A stretch of 60,775 nucleotides of DNA. It comes from an uncultured Desulfovibrionaceae bacterium (lineage in GTDB: Bacteria > Bacillota > Dethiobacteria > DTU022 > UBA8154). The notes beneath the pieces are model-generated. The model was not told where the DNA came from and searched no databases. It saw only the letters and a list, made by a program, of their open reading frames with translations. The stretch spans positions 1 through 60,775 of the forward strand of contig CAZMLU010000005.1 in NCBI GenBank assembly GCA_964567295.1, given 5' to 3'. Position 1 is the first letter of the stretch, and each line of letters begins with the position of its first letter. Made by a program: the position numbers and the translations under genes. Of this stretch, positions 42,229 to 51,479 are shown in pieces.

Positions 42229-44064
42229 ATGGAACATGCACAGGAGTCTCTTTTTGTCAAACTTAAGCAGTTGCCCCGCAGTACAGGGGTCTATCTTTTC
42301 CTGAATAGCCGGGGGGAGATTATCTACGTAGGCAAAGCGCTAAACCTGTACCAGAGGGTGCGCTCTTACTTTCAAAAGCCATCCGCCCTGGCTTCTTCCC
42401 GTCTGCGTTTTTTGGTCGAGAATATCACTGATCTTACTTATATTATCACCGACTCCGAAGAAGAAGCCTTTATCCTCGAATCAAACTTGATCAAAGAGCA
42501 TGCACCACGTTACAATATTCATTTCCGCGATGATAAACAGTATCCATACCTGTGTCTTACTGTGGGTGAACCCTTTCCCCGCCTGGAAGTTTCACGAAGC
42601 CTTGAAAACAGGGATTCCCGCTATTTTGGTCCTTACAGCAATGCCAGCGCTGTTAGGCAAACTATGCGGATTATTAAAAAAATTTTCCCCTTGCGAGGGT
42701 GCAGGCAGCCTTTGCAAGAAGGAGAGCGCAGGGGTCGGCCCTGTCTTAATTACCAGATCAAGCGCTGCCTTGCGCCCTGTAGTGGAAAGGTTACGGAAGC
42801 TGAATATGGTGCTGTTGTGGAGCAGATAGCCCTTTTCCTGGAAGGTCGCCAAAAAGACCTGCTGAAAAGGCTGGACAAGGAGATGTTTGTAGCGGCAGAA
42901 GCCCTGGAATTTGAAAAAGCGGCCAGGCTCAGGGATCAGTATTATTCTTTGCAAAAGATGATGGAAAGGCAAAAAGTAGTGGCAGCGGATATGCGTGACC
43001 GGGATGTCATTGCCCTGGTAGAGGCAGGAGAAGGATACACCGTAGGTGTTTTTCGAGTGAGAGATGGCAAGCTGTTGGGAGCTGAAAATTTCAGCCTCAG
43101 ATCTCAAGGCGAAGAGTTGGAAGAGCAGGAAATTTTAAAGGAATTCCTGCGTCATTATTATGAAAAATCGGCGTTTATCCCCGGTGAGCTGCTGCTTTCC
43201 CATCCTCCTGCGGAAGAAGAGTTGTTGGCCGAGTGGTTTAAAAACAAAAAAGGCAGGGGTGGTATAAAATTCAAGGTTCCCCAGCGAGGGGAGAAAAAAG
43301 CCCTTCTGGAGATGGTGAAAAAAAATGCTTATCTTTTTAAGCAGCAGCAGCTTGGAGAGAAAGAAGAGCTATCACTGTTGGAACTGGAGCGTGTCTTGAA
43401 ACTTCCGGAACCACCGGCAAGGATAGAAGGCTATGATATCTCCCATTTTGGTGGCGGGGAGACAGTAGGATCTATGGTGGTTTTTTGGGAGGGAAACCCT
43501 TGGAAAGAGGGTTATCGTCGCTTTAAAATACGTTCGGCACGAAGTGCAGACGATTATGCTGCAATGTCCGAAATGCTGAGGAGACGCTTGCACAATGACC
43601 ACATACCTCTGCCCTCTTTGCTGCTTTTGGACGGGGGAAAAGGTCAGCTTTCCGCGGCTTTAAAGGTTTTGGAGGAATTGGAAAAAACAGATCTACTTGT
43701 GGTAGCTTTGGCCAAGGAACAGGAGTATCTTTTTCTACCAGGGGAGAAGTCCCCCCTTGTTCTGCCTGCTGCACACCCGGCGTTGCAACTGCTGCAGCAG
43801 GTACGCGATGAGGCCCACCGCTTTGCCCTCTCTCTCAGCAGAAAACTTGAACAAAAAAGCAGCCTTTCCTCCCTGTTAGAAACTGTCCCTGGAATAGGAC
43901 CGGTGCGGAGGAAAAACATATTAAAGCATTTTGGCGGAATTGAAGAGCTGCAGGGCGCTTCTTTAAAGGAGTTAAAGGCTGTCTCGGGAATGAATATGCA
44001 TGTTGCAGAAAAGCTTTACAAGATGCTTCACGAACGTGAGGGGCAAGAAAACGGTATAGGTTGA
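42229..44064 (+). CDS. uvrC: Excinuclease ABC subunit C
   Basis: GVY...YVGKA (GIY-YIG), RIEGYDISH, LLDGGKGQ, RDEAHRFA, HhH. Confidence 0.96.
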   Translation: MEHAQESLFVKLKQLPRSTGVYLFLNSRGEIIYVGKALNLYQRVRSYFQKPSALASSRLRFLVENITDLTYIITDSEEEAFILESNLIKEHAPRYNIHFRDDKQYPYLCLTVGEPFPRLEVSRSLENRDSRYFGPYSNASAVRQTMRIIKKIFPLRGCRQPLQEGERRGRPCLNYQIKRCLAPCSGKVTEAEYGAVVEQIALFLEGRQKDLLKRLDKEMFVAAEALEFEKAARLRDQYYSLQKMMERQKVVAADMRDRDVIALVEAGEGYTVGVFRVRDGKLLGAENFSLRSQGEELEEQEILKEFLRHYYEKSAFIPGELLLSHPPAEEELLAEWFKNKKGRGGIKFKVPQRGEKKALLEMVKKNAYLFKQQQLGEKEELSLLELERVLKLPEPPARIEGYDISHFGGGETVGSMVVFWEGNPWKEGYRRFKIRSARSADDYAAMSEMLRRRLHNDHIPLPSLLLLDGGKGQLSAALKVLEELEKTDLLVVALAKEQEYLFLPGEKSPLVLPAAHPALQLLQQVRDEAHRFALSLSRKLEQKSSLSSLLETVPGIGPVRRKNILKHFGGIEELQGASLKELKAVSGMNMHVAEKLYKMLHEREGQENGIG

Positions 44065-44171
44065 AAAGGTGGTAAATTGTAAATAATTGTCATAAATCAT
44101 AGAGGTTGAGGATAGTTGTTCAAAATTAACAAAAGCCATAGTAATGCTGCAAACAATGATAAAAAGGAGAT

Positions 44172-44825
44172 GTGGTGATAGTGGAGGAAGTCAAGAAAAA
44201 AGTGATGAACATTAAGCTGCCGGGGAAAGAGCTTACTATACAGGTTGTGGAGAATATCGAAGCTTTGATAACTGATCTCAGCGATGAAGATAAAGTTCCC
44301 TGTTGGGCCGATATCTGGCCGGCCTCCTTGGGGATGGCTCAATTTATTTGGGAACATCTACTCATTTCAGAGGGAGATACAGTCTTAGAATTGGGAGCCG
44401 GAATGGGGTTGCCCGGTATTACCTGCGGTCTTAAAGGCGCTCGTGTAACCCTCTCTGATTTGAACCCCCTGGCTTTGGAAATAGCTGGAGAAAATGCTTA
44501 CCTTAATAGTATCCAACCAGTATTACTTCAAGAGGACTGGCGTACGTTTAGTACCGGAAAAAAATATAACTGGCTCCTGGCCTCCGATGTGATGTACGAC
44601 CCTAAATTAAATCCGTATCTGGGAGAAATATTCAGGAATAATATTGCTCCTGGAGGAAGGATACTGATATCCCATCCCTGGCGAAAAGCTACTTATGAGT
44701 TTTTGCAATCGTGGCAGGAAGAGAGGAATTTCAGTGAAGAGATTTTTATCCAGGAAGTGGAGATGGAAGATGCTCTATTGCCCCGCTACAGGATTTTCAT
44801 CCATCTCTTAAAAGCCCTTGCGTAA
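44172..44825 (+). CDS. Class I SAM-dependent methyltransferase (lysine methyltransferase/Methyltransf_16-like)
   Basis: WADIWPAS, VLELGAGMGLPG, ASDVMY. Confidence 0.8.
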   Translation: MVIVEEVKKKVMNIKLPGKELTIQVVENIEALITDLSDEDKVPCWADIWPASLGMAQFIWEHLLISEGDTVLELGAGMGLPGITCGLKGARVTLSDLNPLALEIAGENAYLNSIQPVLLQEDWRTFSTGKKYNWLLASDVMYDPKLNPYLGEIFRNNIAPGGRILISHPWRKATYEFLQSWQEERNFSEEIFIQEVEMEDALLPRYRIFIHLLKALA

Positions 44826-44846
44826 TTTTGAAAACATTTAAGGGAT

Positions 44847-46319
44847 CTAGAGGAGGGGCGAAAGCAGCCTGGCTCCGGATTCTTTGAATTTTATGTGTAT
44901 GGGCCTCCGTAAATATTCTGCCAGGTTGACAGGAATACTGTTTGAAACGTCCACCCAAAAAGATTCTTCCAGCTCTCGCGTGATTTCTTTATCATAAATG
45001 AAAGCATTGATTTCAAAACTGTAATAAAAGCTTCGCATATCCATATTTGCCGTTCCGATAACAGAAACCTGACTGTCAACGGTTAAGGTTTTGGCATGGA
45101 TAAATCCTTTTTGATAGAGGTATATTTCTACACCTGCTCGAAGCAGGTCAGCAAAATACGAATAACTGGCCCAGTAAACTATACGGTGGTCCGGTTTTCC
45201 GGGAAATACAATTTTAACATCTACTCCTCCCAGGGCTGCCGCTCTTAGAGCAGTGGCGATACTATCATCTAAAATGAGATAGGGGGTGGTAATGTAAATA
45301 GTTTCTCTCGCAGTTGCGATTGCAGTGAAATATGCATGATGGATGGCTTCCCAGTTACCATCAGGTCCGCTGGCTGCAATTTGAACCGCTTTGTTGCCTA
45401 TATGAGCTCTATGAGGAAAATATTCCTTTCCTTCTATTTTCTCCCCGGTAGTAAACTGCCAGTCGCTGATAAAAACACCTTGCAGAATGTCCAGAGCATC
45501 TCCCTTGATTTCCAGGTGGGTATCGCGCCAAAATTGAAAGCGGTGTCCCCCATGAATATATTCTTCTCCGATATTAATTCCTCCTAAAAAGCCGATTTCT
45601 CCGTCAACTATAAGTATTTTACGGTGGTTTCGATAGTTCATCCATGTGCTGGGAACCGGTAAAGTAAGGGGCATAAACGCGGCAGTATTAACTTGTGCCT
45701 TTTGCAGCTCATTTCGGTAACGTCTTCCTAATTTTCGGCTGCCCAGTCCATCATATAGGAAGCGGACTTTTACGCCCCGGGAAGCTTTTTCCATAAGCAG
45801 ATTTTTTAATTCTTTACCAACCTCGTCGTTTTGAACTATAAAGTACTCCAGGTGGATATGGTGTTTGGCTTTCTTGATCGCCTCAAAAATAGCAGGAAAT
45901 TTTTCTTCTCCATTATTTAAAACCCTACACTGATTGTTAAAGCTAACATAAGTAGGGCTTATAGCAGAAATAATACGGGAAAGGCGTTTTTTATTTTTTA
46001 AGGTAACGGCATCGTTCAGCATAAGATGGGCAGTTCCTCTTGTGTTTTCTAACCTTTCTTTTAACTCGGGAATGTCATGGTGGTTCATTTTCCAGAAAAA
46101 CTTATACCGATAAGAGCTTCTCCCAAAGAATAGATAAAAAAGAAGACCTATCACGGGCAGGAAGGCCAGGACAAGCAACCAGTAGAGTGTTCGGTGAGGA
46201 GAACGGTTTTCAAAAAAAATTATCAAACCAACCGCATATACAGATAAAGTTATTATAAGAGGGAATACTTCTAAAAACCATTCTGTCATTGTAAATCTCC
46301 TTTTCAAATAGGCATACAA
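44847..46319 (-). CDS. cls: Cardiolipin synthase
   Basis: Two N-terminal TMs; two HKD motifs (NHRKILIVD, HAKTLTVD). Confidence 0.94.
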   Translation of the reverse strand: MYAYLKRRFTMTEWFLEVFPLIITLSVYAVGLIIFFENRSPHRTLYWLLVLAFLPVIGLLFYLFFGRSSYRYKFFWKMNHHDIPELKERLENTRGTAHLMLNDAVTLKNKKRLSRIISAISPTYVSFNNQCRVLNNGEEKFPAIFEAIKKAKHHIHLEYFIVQNDEVGKELKNLLMEKASRGVKVRFLYDGLGSRKLGRRYRNELQKAQVNTAAFMPLTLPVPSTWMNYRNHRKILIVDGEIGFLGGINIGEEYIHGGHRFQFWRDTHLEIKGDALDILQGVFISDWQFTTGEKIEGKEYFPHRAHIGNKAVQIAASGPDGNWEAIHHAYFTAIATARETIYITTPYLILDDSIATALRAAALGGVDVKIVFPGKPDHRIVYWASYSYFADLLRAGVEIYLYQKGFIHAKTLTVDSQVSVIGTANMDMRSFYYSFEINAFIYDKEITRELEESFWVDVSNSIPVNLAEYLRRPIHIKFKESGARLLSPLL

Positions 46320-46479
46320 GTTATAATTTTTATATTAAACATAACCTTGGAATATCCTTTTCTATAATCTTGATTTGCACCATGCCTACACCCCCTAAGT
46401 TGAGTATCTTTAAGGATTTGTCGGCCTGTTAAGTCTGCGGCTCAAATTTTTTTGCTCCTGCTAACATTTTGCCCTTATA

Positions 46480-46508
46480 TTGACAAGGACAGGTTTTCAC
46501 TGTAAGCT
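46480..46508 (+). promoter_or_regulatory. Sigma-A promoter of the Cof gene
   Basis: TTGACA-17 bp-TAAGCT. Confidence 0.55.
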
Positions 46509-46597
46509 AGTATGTAAGTAGTTTTTTGCCAAGGCCATTATTATTCTTACTGAGCCATGTGGTGTTGCATATTACTTTAGGGGAAGGAAAGCTATCA

Positions 46598-47401
46598 ATG
46601 AAATATAAAATGTTGGCCTTAGACCTTGATGAAACCCTTTTAAATGAGGAATCCCAGATATCTATGCGCAACAGGGAAGCTGTCAAAAAAGCTTTGAATA
46701 AGGGCCTCCAGGTAACCATAGCTACAGGGCGTATGTTCCGCTCTGCAAAAAAATTTGCTCTTGAATTAGGAGTGGAACTGCCCCTTATAATATACCACGG
46801 GGCGGTAATCAGAAGAAGCGATAACGGTAAGATTATGCGCTATTGCCCTCTCCCCTGGCAACTGTCACTGGAAATTATCCAGTTGGCAGAGGAACAAGAT
46901 TGCCACCTGAACTGCTACATGGATGACCGTCTTTTTGTAAAAGAGGAAAATGAGCATACACGTTTTTACCAGCAGATTGTTTCTGTGCCGGTAGAGACCG
47001 TAGGAGATTTGGGGGAGTTTGTTTCCAGGAACAAAAAAGAACCTATTAAACTATCTGTAGTCGAGAAAGGAAAAGATCTCGGTCCGTTGGAGAAGATGCT
47101 GAAAGAAAAATATACCTCCAACCTCACTGTGCTACAATCCCGCCCTTCATTCTTAGAGATTACCAGTTCTGAAGCTACCAAGGGTCAAGCGATCCATTTT
47201 CTGGCTGACAAAAAGGGCATCGATCGTGAAGAGATCGCTGCCATAGGTGACAGCTATAACGACATTGACATGCTCCAATATGCCGGTTTAGGGGTGGCCA
47301 TGGCCAATGCTCCTCAAGAGGTCAGTGCTTTTGCTGATTTCGTCACCCTTTCCAACCGGGAGGATGGAGTTGCCCATTTTATAGAAGAGTATTTGTTATA
47401 G
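46598..47401 (+). CDS. Cof-type HAD-IIB phosphatase
   Basis: ALDLDETLL, IATGR, KGQA, IGDSYND, AMANA. Start ATG 46598. Confidence 0.92.
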   Translation: MKYKMLALDLDETLLNEESQISMRNREAVKKALNKGLQVTIATGRMFRSAKKFALELGVELPLIIYHGAVIRRSDNGKIMRYCPLPWQLSLEIIQLAEEQDCHLNCYMDDRLFVKEENEHTRFYQQIVSVPVETVGDLGEFVSRNKKEPIKLSVVEKGKDLGPLEKMLKEKYTSNLTVLQSRPSFLEITSSEATKGQAIHFLADKKGIDREEIAAIGDSYNDIDMLQYAGLGVAMANAPQEVSAFADFVTLSNREDGVAHFIEEYLL

Positions 47402-47459
47402 GGGAAAACTTTTTACAAAGGTTTTGCCCTTTTATTAACCATAAGAAGGTGATGGATAA

Positions 47460-48206
47460 TTGGATACTCCCAAACTATTTGCTGACCTTCACATCCACAC
47501 TATTTCCAGCGGCCATGCTTACAGCACGGTGGCGGAGATAATCAATGCTGCTGCGGAAAAAGGTTTGCACGCCATTGCTTTTACGGACCACGGCCCGGCC
47601 ATACCAGGGGCTCCCCACCGTTATTATTTTGGAAACCTATTAGTCCTGCCGAAGAAAGAAAATGGGGTAGAGGTACTGCGGGGAGTGGAGGCAAATATCA
47701 TCGAAAAAGATGGCACTTTAGACCTTCCCGATCATTACTTGCAGCCCCTTGATCTGATTTGGGCCGGGCTGCATATTCCTTGTATCCAGCCCGCCAGCCC
47801 TTCTCTTAATACCGATGCCCTTTTGAATGCCCTTGAGAATCCTTATGTAGACGGAATTGTCCATCCCGGAAATCCTGACTTTCCCATTGACGAAGAGGCA
47901 CTAGTGCTTGCTGCAAGAGAGAAAGGCAAACTGTTGGAGATCAATAACAGTTCTTTTATTACACGCAGGGGAAGCAAGACAAGATGCCGGGAGATAGCAG
48001 GATTTATAGCAGTCCATGGCGGGCTTGTTGCGATTAACAGCGATGCCCATATTGCTCGTCACGTGGGTAAAAACGACAGGGCGCTGCAGCTTGCACTGGA
48101 GGCCGGAATTAACATGGAGCAGATCGTAAATACGGATCTGCGGAAACTGAAAGATTTTCTCCGAAGCCGCGGGAAAAAACATTTCCAGGAAACAGGTATA
48201 TTTTAA
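47460..48206 (+). CDS. PHP-domain phosphatase (YcdX-like)
   Basis: DLHIHT, FTDHG, GVEANI, EINNSS, NSDAH. Confidence 0.9.
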   Translation: MDTPKLFADLHIHTISSGHAYSTVAEIINAAAEKGLHAIAFTDHGPAIPGAPHRYYFGNLLVLPKKENGVEVLRGVEANIIEKDGTLDLPDHYLQPLDLIWAGLHIPCIQPASPSLNTDALLNALENPYVDGIVHPGNPDFPIDEEALVLAAREKGKLLEINNSSFITRRGSKTRCREIAGFIAVHGGLVAINSDAHIARHVGKNDRALQLALEAGINMEQIVNTDLRKLKDFLRSRGKKHFQETGIF

Positions 48207-48295
48207 GGTAAAGTAATCCTTGCTTCGGGATAGAAGGTTTTGTACAATTTATTGAGACTAGCAACCAATAATAACAGGGCAGGGTTGTGTTTATT

Positions 48296-49345
48296 ATGAG
48301 TAACTCTGGACCAAGAATTAAAGATATCGGGGAATTTGCTCTTATTGAGAGGCTGGCCGAGGCTCTAGGGCCTGTGGGCAGAGGTGCCGGACAGGGTGTG
48401 ATCCGTGGGATCGGTGATGATGCGGCGGTGTTGCAATCTACTTCTGGCACTCGTATTCTGGCTGCCTGCGATATGATGGTGGAAGGAAAGCATTTTAAAC
48501 TATCTTACTTCACTCCCCAGCAGATCGGCTGGAAGGCGCTGGCGGTTAACCTCAGTGATATTGCTGCTATGGGAGGAAAGCCCCGCTGGGCCCTTGTTTC
48601 TCTGGGACTCAAGCCGGAGATGGAAGTTGCCTTTGCGGAAGGGATTTATGCCGGTATCGCCGAATTGGCTCAAGAACATGGGGTTACCATTGTGGGGGGA
48701 GATACTTGTGCTTCTCCGAACTGCCTTGTGATAGATATATGTATAATAGGAGAGGCCTATCGCTCCCTTGTGACATATCGATCCGGTGCCAACCCGGGAG
48801 ATCTGATACTGGTTACGGGGATGATGGGTTTGGCAGCGGCAGGCTTATCTTGTCTCAGTAGCGAAGAGCATTTGCAAATTAAAGGAAGAGAAAGGCTTAT
48901 ACAGGCTCACCTTACCCCTTTTCCAAGGGTTAGAGAAGCTACAGCCCTGATTGAAAGTGAGACGGTCGGTGCCATGAATGATATTAGTGACGGCCTGGCT
49001 TCAGAACTGCACGAGATATCCCAGGCCAGCGGCCTGGGGGCAAGGATTTACCAGCACCGTATTCCCCTTGATGAGGCAGTAGTTTCATTGGCCGCTCAAC
49101 TGGGGATTAACCCTTTGGACTGGGCCCTTTATGGAGGTGAAGATTTGGAGCTTCTCCTTACTATCCCTGGTGGAAAGGGTTCCCCCCTTAAAGCTCGTAA
49201 ACTGGCCCGAATCTTGAAAAGGGTAACAGGCACTCCACTGACGCTTATTGGGCAGATGATGGAACAGACGGGGGGAGTGGAATTAGTTGATCATCATGAG
49301 CAAATTTTGCCTTTGCATGCGCAAGGTTATAACCATTTTGACTAA
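48296..49345 (+). CDS. thiL: Thiamine-monophosphate kinase
   Basis: GEFALI, GIGDDAA, VNLSDIAAMG, DISDGL, GGEDLELL. Confidence 0.93.
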   Translation: MSNSGPRIKDIGEFALIERLAEALGPVGRGAGQGVIRGIGDDAAVLQSTSGTRILAACDMMVEGKHFKLSYFTPQQIGWKALAVNLSDIAAMGGKPRWALVSLGLKPEMEVAFAEGIYAGIAELAQEHGVTIVGGDTCASPNCLVIDICIIGEAYRSLVTYRSGANPGDLILVTGMMGLAAAGLSCLSSEEHLQIKGRERLIQAHLTPFPRVREATALIESETVGAMNDISDGLASELHEISQASGLGARIYQHRIPLDEAVVSLAAQLGINPLDWALYGGEDLELLLTIPGGKGSPLKARKLARILKRVTGTPLTLIGQMMEQTGGVELVDHHEQILPLHAQGYNHFD

Positions 49346-49401
49346 TAGTATTGAAGAAGATGGGATGTCCTTTTTCCAAAACTACCTGTTCAAGGAAGCT
49401 G

Positions 49402-50277
49402 GTGCTTTCATTGTTTAAGGGAAGTTTCGTTCTAATTACCGGTTTTTCAGGGGCGGGAAAGAGTGGAGCCTTGCATAGTTTCGAGGATCTGGGTTTTTTC
49501 GCCATGGATAATCTTCCTCCCGCCTTGATACCCAAGTTTGCTGAGCTGTGTATCCAGTCAGAAGGCAAGATAAACAGGGTTGCCCTGGTCTGTGATATCA
49601 GGGGAGGAGAGCTTTTTAGCGGACTTTTTGAGGCCCTGGATAGATTGGAAGATATGGGATTTGGTTACGAAATTCTTTTTCTGGAGGCAGCGGAAGAGGT
49701 ACTTATCAAGCGCTACAAGGAGACCAGGAGGCGCCACCCTCTGGCAGATAAAGGGGGGATGGTAGCTGCTATTAGGGAAGAAAGAGGGTTATTGGAGGAT
49801 ATCAGGGGAAACTCAAATGTTATTATTGATACCAGCGACCTTTCCCTTGCAGATCTTAAAGAGAAGATTTCCCGTCTTTATGCGCCCGCGGAAAGGGAGA
49901 AATCGATTCTCTTAACAATTATCTCATTTGGTTATAAGTACGGTTTGCCACTGGATGCCGACCTTGTTTTTGATGTCCGTTTTCTTCCTAACCCGCATTA
50001 TGTTGATTCTTTACGTCCGCTTACCGGAGATCAGCAGGAGGTAAAGGACTATATTTGGAAGTGGGCTGTAACACATCGTTTCTTTGAAAAGCTCAAAGAT
50101 ATGGTGGAATTCTTACTGCCATATTATATTAAGGAAGGAAAGTCCCAGCTGGCTATAGCTATAGGATGCACAGGTGGAAAACATCGTTCTGTAGCCCTTT
50201 CCATTGAGCTGGGCCGGATGTTGGATGAGAAAAACTATCAGGCCAGGATTGAGCATCGCGATATAAATAAAACATAA
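49402..50277 (+). CDS. rapZ: RNase adapter/P-loop protein RapZ (YvcJ)
   Basis: GFSGAGKS, DNLPP, FDVRFLPNP, IGCTGGKHRS. Start uncertain (49351-49402). Confidence 0.93.
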   Translation: MLSLFKGSFVLITGFSGAGKSGALHSFEDLGFFAMDNLPPALIPKFAELCIQSEGKINRVALVCDIRGGELFSGLFEALDRLEDMGFGYEILFLEAAEEVLIKRYKETRRRHPLADKGGMVAAIREERGLLEDIRGNSNVIIDTSDLSLADLKEKISRLYAPAEREKSILLTIISFGYKYGLPLDADLVFDVRFLPNPHYVDSLRPLTGDQQEVKDYIWKWAVTHRFFEKLKDMVEFLLPYYIKEGKSQLAIAIGCTGGKHRSVALSIELGRMLDEKNYQARIEHRDINKT

Positions 50278-50390
50278 TCTGATTACATTTTAGGAGGCGG
50301 TTTTGTATATTGATTCTGCAGGGGGATATCGAAGAAATTTCTCCCCTAATCAGATGTTTTTAATATTAGATGGGGAAGGTGAACCAGTTT

Positions 50391-51344
50391 ATGCCGTCAT
50401 TTGCCAGGCAATTGAAGAGTGAGCTGGCAAGGCGAAAAATAAATAGCAAGTGCTGTGAACATGCCGAACTCAAGGCATTTCTACAGATGAGTGGCATGGT
50501 GGTCATCAGCGAGGAATATTTCAAGCTTAGCATACAAACAGAAGCAGCATCTGTAGCAAGGCGTCTCTTTTCACTCTTTAAGCGCTGGTTCGGGGAAACA
50601 CCCGAGATCTTGCTATGTCGAGTAAAGAGACTGCAGGAAAACAATAATTATCTATTGCAGGTGGGACAACGGGATAGTGTATTAAAAACGCTGGATACTT
50701 TCGGTTTTTTGGTGCATGAAAATGAAGAAAATGTTGCTCAAGATAAATCTCAAGAAACCCTCCCTGAAGACCTGAACAAGCAATGTTGCCGCAGAGCTTA
50801 TTTAAGGGCTGCTTTTATGGCAAGGGGCTCTATAACCAACCCGGAAAAAGACTACCACCTGGAGATTGCCATGCCATACGAGGGCTATGCCCTTTTGGTA
50901 ATAGAAATACTAAAGATGTTCCAATTAGAAGCCCGATATTTTCAACGCAAAGAAGATTACGTTATCTATCTAAAAGGTGGCGATGACATCGGAGAATTTT
51001 TAAGAGTTATCTCTGCATCAAATGCTCTGCTGCAATTCGAAAATGTGCGAGTTATGAAGGGTGTTAGAAACAAGATTAATCGCCTGGTAAACTGCGAGAC
51101 AGCCAACCTAACTAAAACCGTATTTGCTTCCCAGGAACAGATTAGCAATATCAAGCTTATCCAGGATTCTATCGGTCTGGAAAGTATTCCTGCCTCTCTA
51201 CAAGAAATTGCCTTTCTTCGTCTACGTTTTCCAGAATCAACCTTGCAAGAGTTAGGGAATAAGGTCTATCCTCCTCTCAGCAAGTCAACGGTTAATCATC
51301 GTTTGCGACGTTTGAACACCCTCGCCCAGAAAATTAAAGGTTGA
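50391..51344 (+). CDS. whiA: DNA-binding protein WhiA
   Basis: AYLRAAF-ARGS...YHLEI, NRLVNCETANL, SKSTVNHRLR. Start ATG 50391 (ORF track starts at 50370). Confidence 0.93.
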   Translation: MPSFARQLKSELARRKINSKCCEHAELKAFLQMSGMVVISEEYFKLSIQTEAASVARRLFSLFKRWFGETPEILLCRVKRLQENNNYLLQVGQRDSVLKTLDTFGFLVHENEENVAQDKSQETLPEDLNKQCCRRAYLRAAFMARGSITNPEKDYHLEIAMPYEGYALLVIEILKMFQLEARYFQRKEDYVIYLKGGDDIGEFLRVISASNALLQFENVRVMKGVRNKINRLVNCETANLTKTVFASQEQISNIKLIQDSIGLESIPASLQEIAFLRLRFPESTLQELGNKVYPPLSKSTVNHRLRRLNTLAQKIKG

Positions 51345-51370
51345 TATGATTAAGAACAAGGACAGTACAA

Positions 51371-51397
51371 GCAGGAATTTTCAAAAATATATGGAAT
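51371..51397 (+). promoter_or_regulatory. Sigma-H-type promoter of rpoN
   Basis: GCAGGAATT-11 bp-ATGGAAT. Confidence 0.6.
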
Positions 51398-51479
51398 ATA
51401 AGAGTAAGCACAAAAAGCCTCATTTTTTGATAAGTTAGCGGGCCTATTTTTTTATGCAAAGGTAAACGAGGTTTATCTT

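Noticed and set aside
41632-42237. 201-aa antisense ORF over uvrA, and other antisense ORFs over guaB, secA, uvrC and gap
   Set aside because: They mirror the codon structure of conserved sense genes, with no SD or recognisable domain.
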